Origin: Eledone cirrhosa
Taxonomy: Eukaryota
DNA: 64,000 nucleotides
Reading direction: 5' to 3'
Assembly (NCBI GenBank): GCA_964016885.1
Contig: OZ024741.1
Location: 162,936,001 to 163,000,000, forward strand
In this document: piece by piece, positions 23,746-38,250 of the stretch
Layout: the number at the start of each line of letters is the position of its first letter
Numbering within the stretch: position 1 is the stretch's first letter
The notes under the pieces: model-generated
Database searches by the model: none
What the model was told of the DNA's origin: nothing
Seen by the model: only the letters and a program-made list of their open reading frames with translations
Program-made: the position numbers and the translations under genes

Positions 23746-26700
23746 CCCTCCTCATTCTATTATAGACAATAATGGAACGCAGAAACAAAAGGCCCACTGT
23801 CGAGTTGCATTAACTTATATATACAGAAATTAAAAAGCATACTTTTAGTTTATGGTGCCGATATAAATTCTTCTCCAGTGAGAAAGAATGAATATAATAC
23901 GTGAAATACCATATATCAACCAGAATTGATAAATTATTGTGTAGCTTTATATGTTGAAAATCATATAAAAATTCTATATGGTGATGTCAAGAGATTAGAA
24001 ATGAATGGAATTCTACTCTGTAATCATTGAAAATAAAATGTAAATGTTTAAATACACTTATTCACACGTCGGCCATATTATTACGCAGTTCATGTCTTTA
24101 AAACTCAGTATTTCATAATGTTCCTCCCAAACAATAAATGTTTTCTTATCCACCATTTTATATCTGCTGCATCGTTTTCACATAGAAACATTTGATACAA
24201 TACTATCTTCATTTTTAAGAACTACATGTCTGTATATTTCATATATTAAACATTACATTGCATTGCTGCTCCCACTTCGTGTACGGCTCTGCGACTATAC
24301 ATCCGAGATAAAATTCTGTCCAGAGACACTCGACTGATTGGCATATAGTCGCTCATTAAAATCTCCCCGCCCCTAACTTTATGAGACCGAATGTCTCATA
24401 AATCTGCCTTTTGTTTCCGCTACTAGCGTGAAGCTGTCGTTCACCTAATCTCATTCGTCTAATGTCCTTTCCTCGCACATGCTGTGTTCTCTTCACAGGC
24501 CCTGCACTGATCACAATGCTAAATCATTTTTCCCCAGGATGTCGGTCCTGTGAAATTTCTTTCAGGTAGCAGAAGAAACACACAGTTTCAAGAGAAACGT
24601 TAGCAGTGTTGATTTCGTCTGTATCAGAAGGCCTGTAATGAACGTGGACATAGCGCTTTCTAAATATCCTTATGGATATTAATAAATTGTTTGTTGGCAA
24701 CAGAAAAAATACTTGACTTTTGAATATTTGAGAGTAATGTTTTTAGATATTATAATTCATTATAAGATATCTTAAGATATGTTTATATATTCACTACTAA
24801 AGGGGCTAAACAGAAAACTAGTTTCTGTATATTAGGTCATACATACGAATGAAAGGGCTGAGCATGTAGTTGATGTAGTATATTTTATGGGTGCATTCTC
24901 TTCATAGTGGACTTTTAGGAATCCACACATTTTAAGATTTTCTAACTTATTGTTCACGCGTGAAATAGCTACATAATGACAAAATCTCTCTCCCCAACTG
25001 ACTCTCTATCTCTCTTCCTCTCTCTCTCTATCTCTGTCCCTCTTTCTATCTATCTATTTGCCACTTCATTCTGCACCTACCTATCTACTATAATATCCAG
25101 CTATTACATATTTCATAGACCCTATTGCATTTGTTAGGATCCTATAATATTCCTGGTATTTTAAAGAAAAAGATTCAACACCTATACCAAAGATATCTCC
25201 CCAAACATATTTATATTAAATTAAAAACAAGTGTCGTAGGAAAACTGCTAGTGAGTCGAAGTGAATGCGTTATAATGTAGTTGTTTTCTTTTGCATACGC
25301 TCTTTGAAAAGACCTCTTTGTTATTTGTTTTTTAATATAATTTGGTTTCGTAAATGCTATTAACTTTAAATGGAAAATATTTCTTCTATGTAAGCTTGTA
25401 ACATTGCATGAAATCATTTTTACACTGAAATATGTAATTTCCTGAAGGAAATATAATGAAAATATATTACAGTTGCATATTTTATAATAGAAAAAAATGT
25501 TTTCTTCTATTTTGAAGTCAATGCATTTTGAGATGGAATTTAACTATTTTGACAGTACTCCAAACGCCCCTAACATATAGCGAAATGCTTAAAAAATGTT
25601 TGGATTGGCTTTAGTTGTAAAATATTATAAATACTTAGATATGTAATGAAGTTCATATTTACCGCTTGAACTGATTTTATTGTAAGAGGTATATGAGAAC
25701 GCAAAGATATGTTCCATTACACCAAGAGAGATTAAAAGAAGACCTGTTTCTTTATGAAACGTAAGTACAAGCGAATTCGCAAAATACTGTGACATGGCTA
25801 TTCCAAGTATTTGTAATGTTCAATTGAACTCCCGCTTTATTAAGCTACATATAATCAACAATAGTTTGTTTTTAAGGTGAATTTCTCAACTATGGAAATT
25901 TAATAGAATTGAATAAATAATCTTGGTTTACTGCTGATATAAAATGTCATTTCTTTTAAGAAAAAGTTTCACATTCCCCAAAGCTTTAAAGAACTTAAAA
26001 TATTAAAAATATTTTAGTGCTTCTACCTCATCAATTCATCTCAAAACATATTTCCACCTATGTTTTGCAATGGTTGCAGATAAAAACACTTCTTCGTAAC
26101 AGACATCTATTTCAACTTTCTAAGCTACTTAATCTCTCAATGATACAGAATTAATCTTTAGTAGCATTATTCATGTTCACAAAATCAACTTGATTTTAGA
26201 TATTTACGAAATACTTCAGGTGAGCGTGTGCAAGCAGCTTAGAATCGTGGTAAAATTCTACTCAAAATTGTAGATAACAGGTTCGAATATGAATTGAATT
26301 ATTTCAATCCTTTGGATTTCTTTACAGTTGGACGTCACCATGCTAATTATGCTTTCACACGTCATATGAAAAGTGAAGTCGAAGTCTTCAGACATGACCT
26401 ATTAAGATTTACAAAACAATTTCAATTTATGTTGCTCCATCCTTACCTATGTACGTAAATATAGACAAAAATGTAACTGGCGCAGTTTAGAACTAATATT
26501 AGATTTCTTTGAATAACGACCATCGTTTAGCTATGTAAGGGAGTGGAAATTGTATTTTCTGTTATGTCTGCCTTTCTTAATATTAATAGAACTTTAAGTG
26601 AATCTATAAAATGGCCATAACCGAGAAATTCTTTTCTTTCTGACATGAGAAAAATTATGTTGTTTTGTTCCTATTCTCTCCAAATGCATTAGAGATGTAA

Positions 26701-29370
26701 GTGAAGGATAATAACTTTGAACAGGTATTTTTATTATTCTCTGACGCTCTTTGTATGGCATTTAATACTTATCTGATCAATACTCTATACATATGTTTTC
26801 TTTTAATATTATACTTGTTTTACTTCATATATCAACGATTTACTTTACTTCCATGGAAATGTTTAAAGAAAAATGAAATATATAATTCTTTAAAACGATA
26901 GCAAATATTTCCTTTCTGTATATGTTAATTGAAAGGTAATTGCGATGAAGGGACTATCATGAACTAAATGAATCCTGACATTTAGTTATATCATTTTGGG
27001 TAATTTTACGATTGGAAATTGATTCTTGTCTTTCATTTTTCTGAGGTCCAGTAATTACTAAGTTATTTCAAAGATATAAAACTTCCAGCAAAGCGCATGA
27101 CTTCGTATCCACGTTAGATAGAGGCCGACACTGTAGATAAAAAGTGAATATCTTAAATTATTTGGCTACGACTCTTTAGATTCCGAGTTCAAGTTTGCTC
27201 GATGACTGAGTGGAGATAGTATCTGCCAAGTACTAGGGTAGATTCTGTCAATTGTACCACTTCCCTTTAAATGTGTATCGTCACACCAATATTCACACAA
27301 ACTATGTTTAGGGTCGATGCTCAGTACTCTCTCACGCGGTTGTCTGTTTTTACTTTCAGCAGAACTGGTAGTACACTAGAAAAACACTTTGCTATATTTA
27401 GTTATGTCCCTTTATATTCGAAGTGTTGCAAAGATTGAATTTGTCTTTCATTTTATTCTGGTGTAGATATAATCGACTATAGCTAGGATAATAGTGGTAC
27501 TGGGACGAATTTAGACATTGTTATCTTTATTACTGGTATTGTTATATATATTTATGATGGTGCAGAAGGTACAATGGGATTCAGTTCAATGAGCTGAAGT
27601 ATATTACATCAACTATTAAGAAAGAAAGAGTAAGACAATTCACTTAAAGTACCTTAATGTTCTTGAGAAAAGGAGCTAATGATACCCACATTAGATAAAA
27701 CATTTACACTTAGATGAAAATAAAACCTGTATTTTCACTTCTTAAGAATTCATTTATGGTGAGGTCTTTGATGGTGTAAAACTAATATTTAAATATCATC
27801 TATTTATGAAATAGAATTTGAAAATGATTTTCTGAAAATTAGAAACGCCAGAGAAAATATGACAAAATTGATTTATTTATAATTAAGCATAACGGAAATA
27901 TATTGTTATTTACATTTGGTGAGTAACTTTCTCTTTCTCAGTACTGTAAAGTATCAATAAGATCCCGATGAGAACGTACAACTTAGGTTCGTTTCCCAGC
28001 TGGGGCTAGTTCATGACGATAATTCGGTTTAGAAGGCATGTTAGCTATAATTTACTCTCTTCTGAAGTCATAGAAATAACTTCTCCATTGACGATACCCT
28101 TGTGTGCGCAAAGTTAAGTGATTGATTGTATTTTTCACAATTGGATAAGATAAGTAAATAAATCATTTATACACGAGAGAGCGGAAGAAGTTCATATGTA
28201 TCAAGGTATCAAGAGTTGATATATATGCATGTTCGAAAGCGAACCTAACGCTTGCATTAATTAAATTATTAACTCTATAATTTAAACAAATTTTTAACAT
28301 ATTGCAATAATTACTGAAGTACACGTGTTAACTATATGCATTCTATTCCCTCTGTTATTGACACAACTATAATCTTACAATCGTAAGTTTGCCTGATAAA
28401 TTCTTAAAATATAATCACTGATTACACACGTACTCCGATAGTTTGTAACATTTAATATCTCTCACACGCAGTGTATTCATATTCTGACAGAGAAAGAAAG
28501 AAGGACACTCTTGAACTCTAGAAGTATAACATAAACCTGAACTGACAAATAAAACTGTTTAAATGGAATCAATATAATTCATTTTTGTCAGAAAATCCAC
28601 GAGCAATTTGAACTATCCAGTTGTCAGTTATGTGGAAATAAGGATTGCTTTATTATTCGTAGAGTTGTTAGGGCGATGGGTTAAATACCTCAATATTTTT
28701 TCTGGTTCTTGCGTTCTGAGTTTAAATCACGCCATAGTCAACTTTGTCATCGATTGTCTCGGGGTCTATAAATAATGTACCTGTCCAGAGGAGGTGGATA
28801 ACACATATTGTTTAAGAAATGAACGAGATGCTTTGTGCTATCAGATCCAGCTTTGTGCGTTGTGAATTGTAATCTTGCTTCCTTCTCCAGATAGTATCAG
28901 CAATGGAAGAAAAAAACCAATAGTTTTTTTCTGAAGTCCGACCTGACCACTAGTCTTTCTAATTTGGGCTGATATTTAGACATTTTCAGAATAAATTTCA
29001 TCAAAGGTATGTTTATCCAACTATGTTTATTAAATAAATAATAGTCCACTTAACCGACTATAGTTCTATCCAAAACATTTTAAGTAGTGTGTGTCAATGT
29101 AAGAAATAAAGCCAATGTAATTTAGAGAACTGAAAATGGGATACTGCTGATATCTGCCAACGATATAAGTTGCGGATGGGAGATGAAATTGGATCAGAAT
29201 GAAAACTGGAAACCGGGCAAATGAAGAACACAAATAGATTTTACTCTCCGGGAGAAACTGTTGCATTTAGGGAATCTGATGCGGTTTCTATAGATAACAA
29301 AATATAATTCCCTTTAACTACTCTGTAAATACTCTAGTTTATTTGTCCAATGTACTCGTATAAAGCATTT

Positions 29371-29671
29371 CAGCGGCGAATTGGTAGAGTCGTTAAGACG
29401 TCGGGTTTACGGAATTCGTCCCACCTCATTGCGCGCTATGAGTTCAAATCCCGCTGGGGTCAACTTTGCCTTTCATCCTTTCGAGGTCGATAAAAAAGCA
29501 CCAGTTCAGTACTGGGGTCGATTGTTCCACTTTAGAAAAAAATCGGCTGTGTTCAGACCTGGAGTGGGTTGGGCTCCGCCAGGTTTAAATGTGCCCTAGA
29601 CACGCCGTATGACGGCGCCTCTACGACTTCACAAGGAGTTATGGGATCTTTATCCTTTATCCTTTATCCTT
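29371..29671 (+). mobile_element. Full-length SINE with family-A head, alternative long tail and (ATCCTTT)n end
   Basis: 12-bp TSD tataaagcattt (29359-29370 / 29672-29683); tail homologous to ~37230-37330, 57745-57890 and 61860-61970. Confidence 0.85.
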
Positions 29672-30399
29672 TATAAAGCATTTAACTAAGTTAGAGTTAA
29701 CATATTTAATGTTTTAAACATTACAAATCTACTTATGACAATGACAAATATTATTTTAATTCTTTGAGCAACTATGAGAGGCAACTCTTGATAATATTAA
29801 AAAGAGATATTGAATCTTTAAGTTAGTTACTCCGTGATGCCATTCTCATGAAAAATCAATAATTAAATTAGTATTAACAAATTTACTACATTATACATAA
29901 AGCATCTAATTATAAGTACTTTATACAGTGAGGATGGTTTATATCTGGCTAAAAACGAAACTATTCTTTTCTTTTACTTCTTAAGAATGCGTTATTGTTA
30001 CAACATTAATGCCCGATGCCTTTGGAAAACAAAACAGATACCACATTCTCTATTTCGGTATGATAAGCTAATGAGTCTCATAGATGTATGTTAATTTTAA
30101 AAATGCGTTTTTAGGAACATTGAAACCGGTACGAGGAATCAGTTCGTTGAAAGTTTACCTCATGGACTATTATTCTTGGCATAACCTTATCATTAATATT
30201 ACAATGCGTTCTTTCAAATAATTCAAAATAAAATGTTAATTTCATTAATAATCTTAAATAGAGATACTATGAAAGATAATGTATTGCTGAAAGCAGAATA
30301 TCGCATGAATAATCTCAGAGAATTATCTTTTCTCGTTCTTGCACACATGAATTCTCTCGAAGCAAATACATACATGCATGCTTGTAATCATCCACCCAT

Positions 30400-30597
30400 A
30401 CATATACATACAAACATACACTTACATACAAACATACACTTACATACAAACATACATATACATACAAACATACACTTACATACAAACATACATATACATA
30501 CAAACAAACATATATGCCTGCATGCACACACACGCATATATAGAAACGCATACATACACGCTCGCATACACACACACACACATAAATATAAATATAA

Positions 30598-30669
<72 letters not shown>

Positions 30670-30675
30670 ATATGT

Positions 30676-30732
<57 letters not shown>

Positions 30733-30759
30733 TGCATGTATGCGTTTCTATATGCATAT

Positions 30760-30832
<73 letters not shown>
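30400..30832. repeat. 18-bp minisatellite (catacaaacatacactta) followed by compound (TA)n/(CA)n
   Basis: Seen directly. Confidence 0.85.
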
Positions 30833-30834
<2 letters not shown>

Positions 30835-31719
30835 AAATTATCTTCTAGCTAGTTATTTATGCATCTGCCGATATATTTATCCATACACACAAACACATGT
30901 ATCCGTGCGAATACATACATAAGGCTTATAGTTAGAAAACCATCAAAAGAAGAAAGTGGAGAGAAAAAGAAAAAGAATAGAAGGAGAGAGGGAGACAGAG
31001 AGAGCGAAAGAGCTAGGTGGTGAGAAAGAAAATCATAATTATCTAGAAAGAGAAAAAGCTGTGAAGAAAGAAAGCCCACGAAAGGTAGAAATAAAGAAAA
31101 AAGCACATTGTGTTTAATACGAGAGATACTGAAAGAAAAAGTTGTATATTATAACGAAATTTTACAAAACACATTTCTTAAAGAAATTGGCAGAATCAGC
31201 TTTTTTTTCTGTTAGTTATATATAACATAAAGGAAAGTTGTCGCAGTTTGTTACCACCTTATACTGAGAATCTAGAGAGCGAACACCCACATGAAATATA
31301 TATTGACCCTTATCCCACTGAACGAGTAATGGTAGCATTTATTTTGATGTATAAAACAATTTATATTCAATTCAATTCTAATTATTTTTCCGTATACATA
31401 TAAAAACAATCTGGCCATTTTGTTTTGGAATTTCCATTCCTCTAGTTTGTAGAAAAGAACAGAGATGATGAGAGAGGGGAGATGAGAGGATGTACATTGT
31501 TCCTCCAATATATCAGATATAACGGTAAAAAAAGATAGTTTTTGTTCTCTTTATACTTTAGATAAAGGCATCAATGAAGATATTGAAGACAAATGAAGAC
31601 AAGTGGATATTGAAGTTCAACTACGTGATACCTCACAAGTAGTTTGAACCGAGAACGTCAAAACTAGCAGTATAGATTTATACACCAACGTACACTCCAT
31701 ACACACAGAAAACTAAAAT

Positions 31720-32270
31720 TCTTCTTCTCCCCCCCCCTCTTCTTCTTCTTCTTCTTCTTCTTCTTCTTCTTCTTCTTCTTCTTCTTCTTCTTCTTCTTCT
31801 TCTTCTTCTTCTTCTTCTTCTTCTTCTTCTTCTTCTCGTCGTGGGGACGGAATCCTCAAACACGCCTTCCAAATATTCCTATCAGAAACAACCATCTCCA
31901 ACTGATCCTGATTGGATCCTATGCGAGACGAGTCGAGCTTATGGATGTTATACAACTATCTTGCTCGATGTCTACCGCCGGTTCCCCTGCCGGTTGGTTT
32001 TGGCCATAATATCTGTCAAGCGATTGGCATTGAAACCTCATGTCTGTAGTACTGGATCTGTAATCACTCGATGGGGAGAAATAGCAGCCCTACCTGGAAC
32101 GTCTCCCTGATCTCTGAGCTACATACTCCAAACGAAACCCATTTCGGTCGCTTGTATTTGCAACTATTCTTTCGGTCATTACCCAAGATTCATGACTCAA
32201 GTAAGGATAGACATAAACACTGAATTGAAGATATCGAGTCTGTCTTTTACACCTATTTCTCTTCTGAATG
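31720..32270 (-). mobile_element. RTE (Rex3/Expander-like) LINE 3' end with (GAA)n tail
   Basis: Reverse-complement homology to ~53600-54025; (TTC)n at 31738-31836 directly abuts the 3' end. Confidence 0.7.
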
Positions 32271-32314
32271 ACCGTTGCTGAAGCTGCTGCATTACTTCAC
32301 CAGCTCTAGTAATT

Positions 32315-33430
32315 TTGGCCTGACGAACAAGCAGCCCGGACTAAACAGCGGTGAGCTACTAGGTGAGATGGAAACATGTGTGACACTATTATCTATCAGG
32401 AAATCTTTCACCACCCAGAGATGGTGTTATGATATGACTAGTAAAGGCTGCCTCAAAAATGCCTAGTCTTTGCGGATCTGAGAATATTAACAAACTGGTG
32501 ACTGGTGCGACACTCAAAGATTATGAATAACGAGACATCAAAGTGGGTTCACTAAGGAGCCAGCGTTACAAATTAGCAACTGGAATATTACAACCCTTAC
32601 AGGTAAAGAGCAGAAACTAGTGTGAGAGGTCAGATATAATTAGATACAGTCGGTATTTTCGTAACAAAGTTCAGTAGCTCTGTTTACGTATATTTGGATC
32701 GAAGATGGAAATTCCACTATTCAGGTGTGGTGCCACAAAGGAGTACACAGGTGGGAATGGGGATATTCATAAGTTCCAGGCTCTCGGAATTTGTTATGGA
32801 ATCGAATCCATTTGAAGGGGAGGATTTGCCTTTTAAGTTTAGGCTGAAAAAAGGTCACTGTGGGTGGTACAAGTTGATGTGCTAAACAGAGAGTCCGAAT
32901 ACAGGTCCTTCCTTGATGAAGTCAATGCAGTGTTAGCTGTAATTAAGACAGAGCTATATATTCTAATGAGAGATATGGAAGGGAGTGATTAGAGGAAACG
33001 GCAACAACGACTTCCGTTCTGGTAAGGGCTCTCTATTTTGAACACCTTTTACAACACAAATATATTCATAAGTATACATGATATAATGGAAATCGAGACA
33101 AAGATCAGTCATTAATTTCTTTTAGTGTTTCTTATCTCTTTGATTCTGAGTTGGATGTTCGTGGTGAGAGAGGGGTTGAGCTGTCAACTAATCACCATCG
33201 AGTTATCTACAATTTAAAAATACCTAATGGCAAGAAAACTCACAAAAACTGGCAAGTTCAGCTTGACCGACAGGATACAGTGAGAAGCGTTGGCTGTGGA
33301 AGAGGTCAGGACCAGGTATGCGGATTCCTTTGCATTCACATTCAGAGTACTCCCTAAATAAACCGAGGACATTGAAACGGAGTAGAGACTGTTCAGCTCA
33401 GCAGTTCCGCCTCAGCTGCTATATGGTGCG
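32315..33430 (+). pseudogene. RTE LINE 5' part with AP-endonuclease remnant
   Basis: WNITTLTGKEQKLV, WKFHYSGV, FLNTFYNT and RGVELSTNHHRV motifs; stops and frameshifts. Confidence 0.8.
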
Positions 33431-33446
33431 GACAAAGTACATTAAT

Positions 33447-33626
33447 TGTTTCTACGTTAGGCACAAGGCCAGAAATTACCCAGTTCATTATTGGTACTTT
33501 ATTTTATCGACCCCGTAAGGATGAAAGGCAAAGTCAACTTCGGCGGGATTTGAACTCAGATCGTAAAGGGACGTAACTATGCTGGAAAGCATGGCGTCCG
33601 ACTCTCTACCGATACTGCCAATCCAC
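33447..33626 (-). mobile_element. SINE family A with 19-bp TSD
   Basis: gcggac(a/g)aagtacattaat at 33428-33446 and 33627-33645. Confidence 0.9.
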
Positions 33627-33645
33627 GCGGACGAAGTACATTAAT

Positions 33646-33755
<110 letters not shown>

Positions 33756-35810
33756 ATCCACTTCATATGCTTGAGAATTATTGCTGATAGGATACACTCC
33801 TACAAGCAGTTCCCCACACCCTAAGGTTCCCTCGAAATATGGCAAAAATTATCAAAATGAAGCTGCATATATCAATTTATTTCCTATGTCTACTTAATCG
33901 ATTCTACACAGTAACGTGTTTTGATAATGTTAAATGTGTTTGGTAAAGACGTATCTATCTACCTACTTATCTATCTATATTTAACTTCACGGATCGACTG
34001 ACCTTTTTTCTTCAGAAAAACACTCATAACTATAATTCAACTAGCTTCGCTTGTCCAAATACCCAACTGCGCCAACCAATATTTTAACTGAAAAAACCCC
34101 AACAAATATTTATATAAAAACAGTAAGACAAATACAAAAACAAATAAAACAGGTCAGAACTACAACATAATATTAACGTTTTATTATTTCCTGGAACTAT
34201 CTATATTAGGAAGACGAAACATTTTAATTAACAAGTAAAATCTTAGAAGGAGCAATTGGGGGATATTTCAGTAAATAAATAAAAATTTTTTCGCTAAATA
34301 GATGTTTCAGGAAATTATTACCATTCGCTATCAACACGTACCTCCTTATGCAGCAATCGTAAATTGCACGTTAAGCTATTATATATTTTACAAACGCTAT
34401 CATTTATTCGGTTGCAAGGATTTTGAGCAATTAATTTAGCGACAGTTAATTTTAAATGTAAGTTTTATGCCGAAAGAAAACTTCCGGCTAAATATCTCCA
34501 CGTCCTTTAATTTTACATTGTAAATAGGTACAAATAAGTAGCAAGTATATGCCTATCAATTATATAACCTATTTTGCGAATTGATCTATATATTTAGTAA
34601 GAAAACTAGTTGTGGGATGATGGATTTATCTGCTTTTCGTTTCTTAAGTAAAAAAAAAAAGATAATTACTTGAATTATATTTCCCGCTTCAATACTAAAA
34701 ACAAAGAAACCTGTTATAAAATAGATCACAGTAATTTACTGATAGAAAAATTGGTTATGTCATATCGTAACTCTAAACTTGCAAAAACACGACTATATAC
34801 CTTAAAGTATTTTTCTTTCAACCGATTCTTTATTATCCACTAAGTCTTAGCCGTAAAATTCAAACCGTGTAATACAAAATGGTTCACAACGTGTGTGCTC
34901 GTACATAAACATAGATATAGACAGTGGGTTGGGTGGGACAAGCACTGAATACCATGCTTAGTATTACAGTCAGTGGATTGGATGGGAAAAACATGTAATA
35001 CCATGTACATATATATATAGTCAGTGGGTTGGATGAGACAAACACGCAAGACTATATAGTAAAGCAAAGTTACAATGTTATACAGAAACGATAGGCACTC
35101 GTTCACAAAGCAGCGAAGAGCCGTCTCTTGGGTAGGATCAAGCCATTCAACGATTTTGATTATTCTCAGTTTCAGTCTGCCCATCCGCTCTTTATTGTAA
35201 AAAGAGTCTTCAAAGTTTACCAGTGAGTATCTCTGGCATTCCTCGAAAGACTATCTAGCACTCTTAGAAGTACTTCATGAAATGTATGTATTGTTAATGT
35301 GGTATTCCTCAATATGATTTGGAGGTTCAGGCTATTGCCTATCTCCTTCTCAACCTGCACAATATCCCTATCTTCACCCTTCAGGTCGCACAGCTGTTAC
35401 TAGTATCATCACTTTGAGGGAGCCATCCACCATCCAAGATGGTTTTAGTCGGGGTTTATTATGTTTCTTGTACCCGTTTCTTCTTTCTGCTGTCCTTCGT
35501 GTTTCCCCACCCTTTGGAAGACTCAATAGTGGGATGGATATACTACCAAGAGCCGCTAGCCACTTCTGATTTAGGAGAGGAAACCACTTGGCTTCATTGT
35601 GCCTTACATTGTATAGCATCTGATGTTTATGTTGTTGAGGATGGCACAACCAAGTATATTTATCTTTCTTGTTCTCTGTACGGTGAACAGTTGTGTTGAC
35701 GAAGCAGATGTAACGGTTTTCTGTCGTGTTTTGTTCACCCCAGAAGCTTTCTGTTGTTGCCACCTTTAATTGTCTATGTTCCCTAACTCGAATTGACCTT
35801 GCCTCGACTG

Positions 35811-35938
35811 TTGACCCAGCTTAGACTGTTGATCCAGCCTCGACTGTTGATCCAGCTTCGACTATTGACCCAGCCTCGACTGTTGATCCAGCCTCGACTG
35901 TTGATCCAGCTTCGACTATTGATCCAGCCTCGGCTGTT
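35811..35938. repeat. 18-bp tandem repeat (cctcgactgttgatccag) x7 in decayed coding-like DNA
   Basis: Seen directly; reads WINSRG repeats on the minus strand. Confidence 0.85.
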
Positions 35939-37014
35939 GTCGTTGCCTCTACAATTGTTGATACCTGAACGTTTATTATTGTTATCTCAATTGTTGTTGA
36001 AACTTCGACTTGTGTTGCTACCCTAACTATTGTTGCAACCCCAAATGTTATTTCTGCCTCAATTGTTTCTGTCTAATACTACCTATCATTTTACTTGTTA
36101 TTGTCCACGAATAGGAGTAAAATTTGATTCATATATTCAAAGATTTGTAACTTATGTTTATTTTACATTTCTTCACTTGAAACTGGAAGAACTTCCAGTG
36201 TATATATCAACCACTTGATATCTATTCGGTTGCGGTGAAGACGTGTTTTACAGAGATAATATAATCAACACTTTCTTTTACCAAATCGTACACAATCTGT
36301 CATTGATTTCGGTATATTTCTTGATATATTTCTGGAGAAAGACTTTAATCTTGTGTCACAAAAGAGAACCCATTTCAACAGTGACGTTTTCGCTTTTGTG
36401 ACAACGCAGAGATGTTTCATGTTTAGCTCTGTCGTGTCCATTTGCTAGATATTTTGATCATGCTGGAGATTTTCATATCTTCACTTTGTCAGAACATTTT
36501 ATGATTTTAGTTTCAGTTTTGTTTTAAGTATTTATTACACGTTTCTTATTTATTCTTCTTTATTTTTACAATTATATAATGATATGTATCCTCAATGTTT
36601 TAGTTATGAGCTTTCCTGATGAGCTCAGAAAAGGAAAAGAAAAATAACAGACAGTTTATTGTTTTCGTAATGTCTAGATATTTACGCGAGCTTAAATTTA
36701 TTGCTAACTAGTTTTGTAGTACTACACAAGGGATTTGAGATTAATTTCTAATTGTATGATATTTCTTCAGCCATGGTAAATATATACTAAATATTCCCAA
36801 GTTCGTGAATTGCATTCTAAATACTAGAATTATTTTCAATGGATTTTGTTCGATTTGTTCATTCTAATTCTCTTGTTTTCCAATTCACAATTATAGCTTA
36901 TTACTGGTATTGTTAGCTATTGTCTTACGTTTAGCATTTAATTCAGATTTACTTATCAGTCAGAAGTATACATAATATTGGATCCTATTTCGGTTAAAAC
37001 CTTATTTATATTTA

Positions 37015-37330
37015 AATGAATCTAGTATGTCAATAAAGCGGGGAATTGACAAAATCGTTAGAACGTCGGAGAGAATGCTCTGCGGTATTTGCTCGGGCCT
37101 GCTGCCCTCTAAGGTCATATCCTGCCGAGGTAAACTTTGCCTTACATATATTTGAAGTACCAATCCAGTACTGAGCTCGATTCTTCTTCTATACATCATT
37201 CTTACTTCCTATCAATCTGTCTCCTTTGGAATAAATTTGCTGTATTCAGATCCGGAGGGCTATGGGCTCCGCCGGGCTTAAAATACTCAAGACAGTGTTC
37301 CTAAAACTTCATCAGGTGTCACGGGTCTAA
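37015..37330 (+). mobile_element. Degenerate SINE (A head, long tail)
   Basis: gcgggaattgacaaaatcgttagaacgtcgg head and gggctccgccgggctta tail, homologous to the 29371 copy. Confidence 0.6.
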
Positions 37331-38019
37331 CATACAAGTATGTCAAAGGAGTATTTTGTTTACTTCTAGCAGGAGATTCTGTAAATGTTTATATGGTCAC
37401 AAAGTTCAATTACTGATTAATAAAAAGACATAATTGAACGTTATAAAGAATCTGAGCATGGTATCAATTGATTGCCTGATGACTTCTGAGCATACCTACT
37501 CAGCACTTGATTCTAGAAATGCGATACACAAGTAAGGAGGTACATCAAACATGTCATGTATAAATGAAAAATAATTCTGCAGATTCAAACAAAAGAGGGA
37601 ATTATTCAATTTCTTTCATGCCTGGCATTACTCTTGTTAACCTACATGTTACACCAAACTTAACTCATATATAAATTCTATTGGAGGATAACCAGCCACA
37701 TTTTGTGCATGGATGTCCCCATGCTTCAGTGTTGTTCTCTTTAAAGAACCAGAAAAACTAACATTGAGTACAACAATTTAGTAGAAGAATTGACATTGAT
37801 TCGATTTCAGTTACTGCAGCAACGTAAGCCTGAAATGACGAAACCTAATAAAAACATATTTAATATCAAGTTAGATAAAGAAACAGTGAATAGAGAATTG
37901 TACCAAATACAGATTGACTCACAATTAGTTAGGGGAGAGAATAAACAATGTCTTGAATAATTGTCGCATATGACGATGGGCATTTTAGTTAATACGTTAA
38001 ATAGAATAACCTACTCGCG

Positions 38020-38250
38020 AAATTAACGTGCATTATATAGACACAAGCCCCCTTAACATAATTCTCAGGAATATTCAGCTTGAATTAATGTGTAACAAGG
38101 CTGCGCTTTTGAATTACAATTAAAACTCATTTTTGTCATCTGAGAGGATTGGAGCAACCTGAATTAAAATGTTTTATCCAAGAATACAATCCGTCGCTGG
38201 AAATTGAACTCACAGTCTTATGATCATAAACGGAACATTCTAACACACGC
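38020..38250 (-). mobile_element. Degenerate SINE family B
   Basis: ggagcaacctgaattaaaatg...ggaaattgaactcaca, homologous to 62790-63050. Confidence 0.55.

Noticed and set aside
24000-29300. Possible host exons in the repeat-poor stretch
   Set aside because: No ORF with recognisable protein motifs or convincing splice-bounded frame; small exons cannot be excluded without RNA-seq.
35811-35938. Regular repeats suggestive of CRISPR
   Set aside because: Head-to-tail 18-mers without unique spacers; eukaryotic context; no cas genes.
36616-36640. CTGATGAGCTCAGAAA hammerhead-like string
   Set aside because: No room for stem II, and no stem III or UH site.
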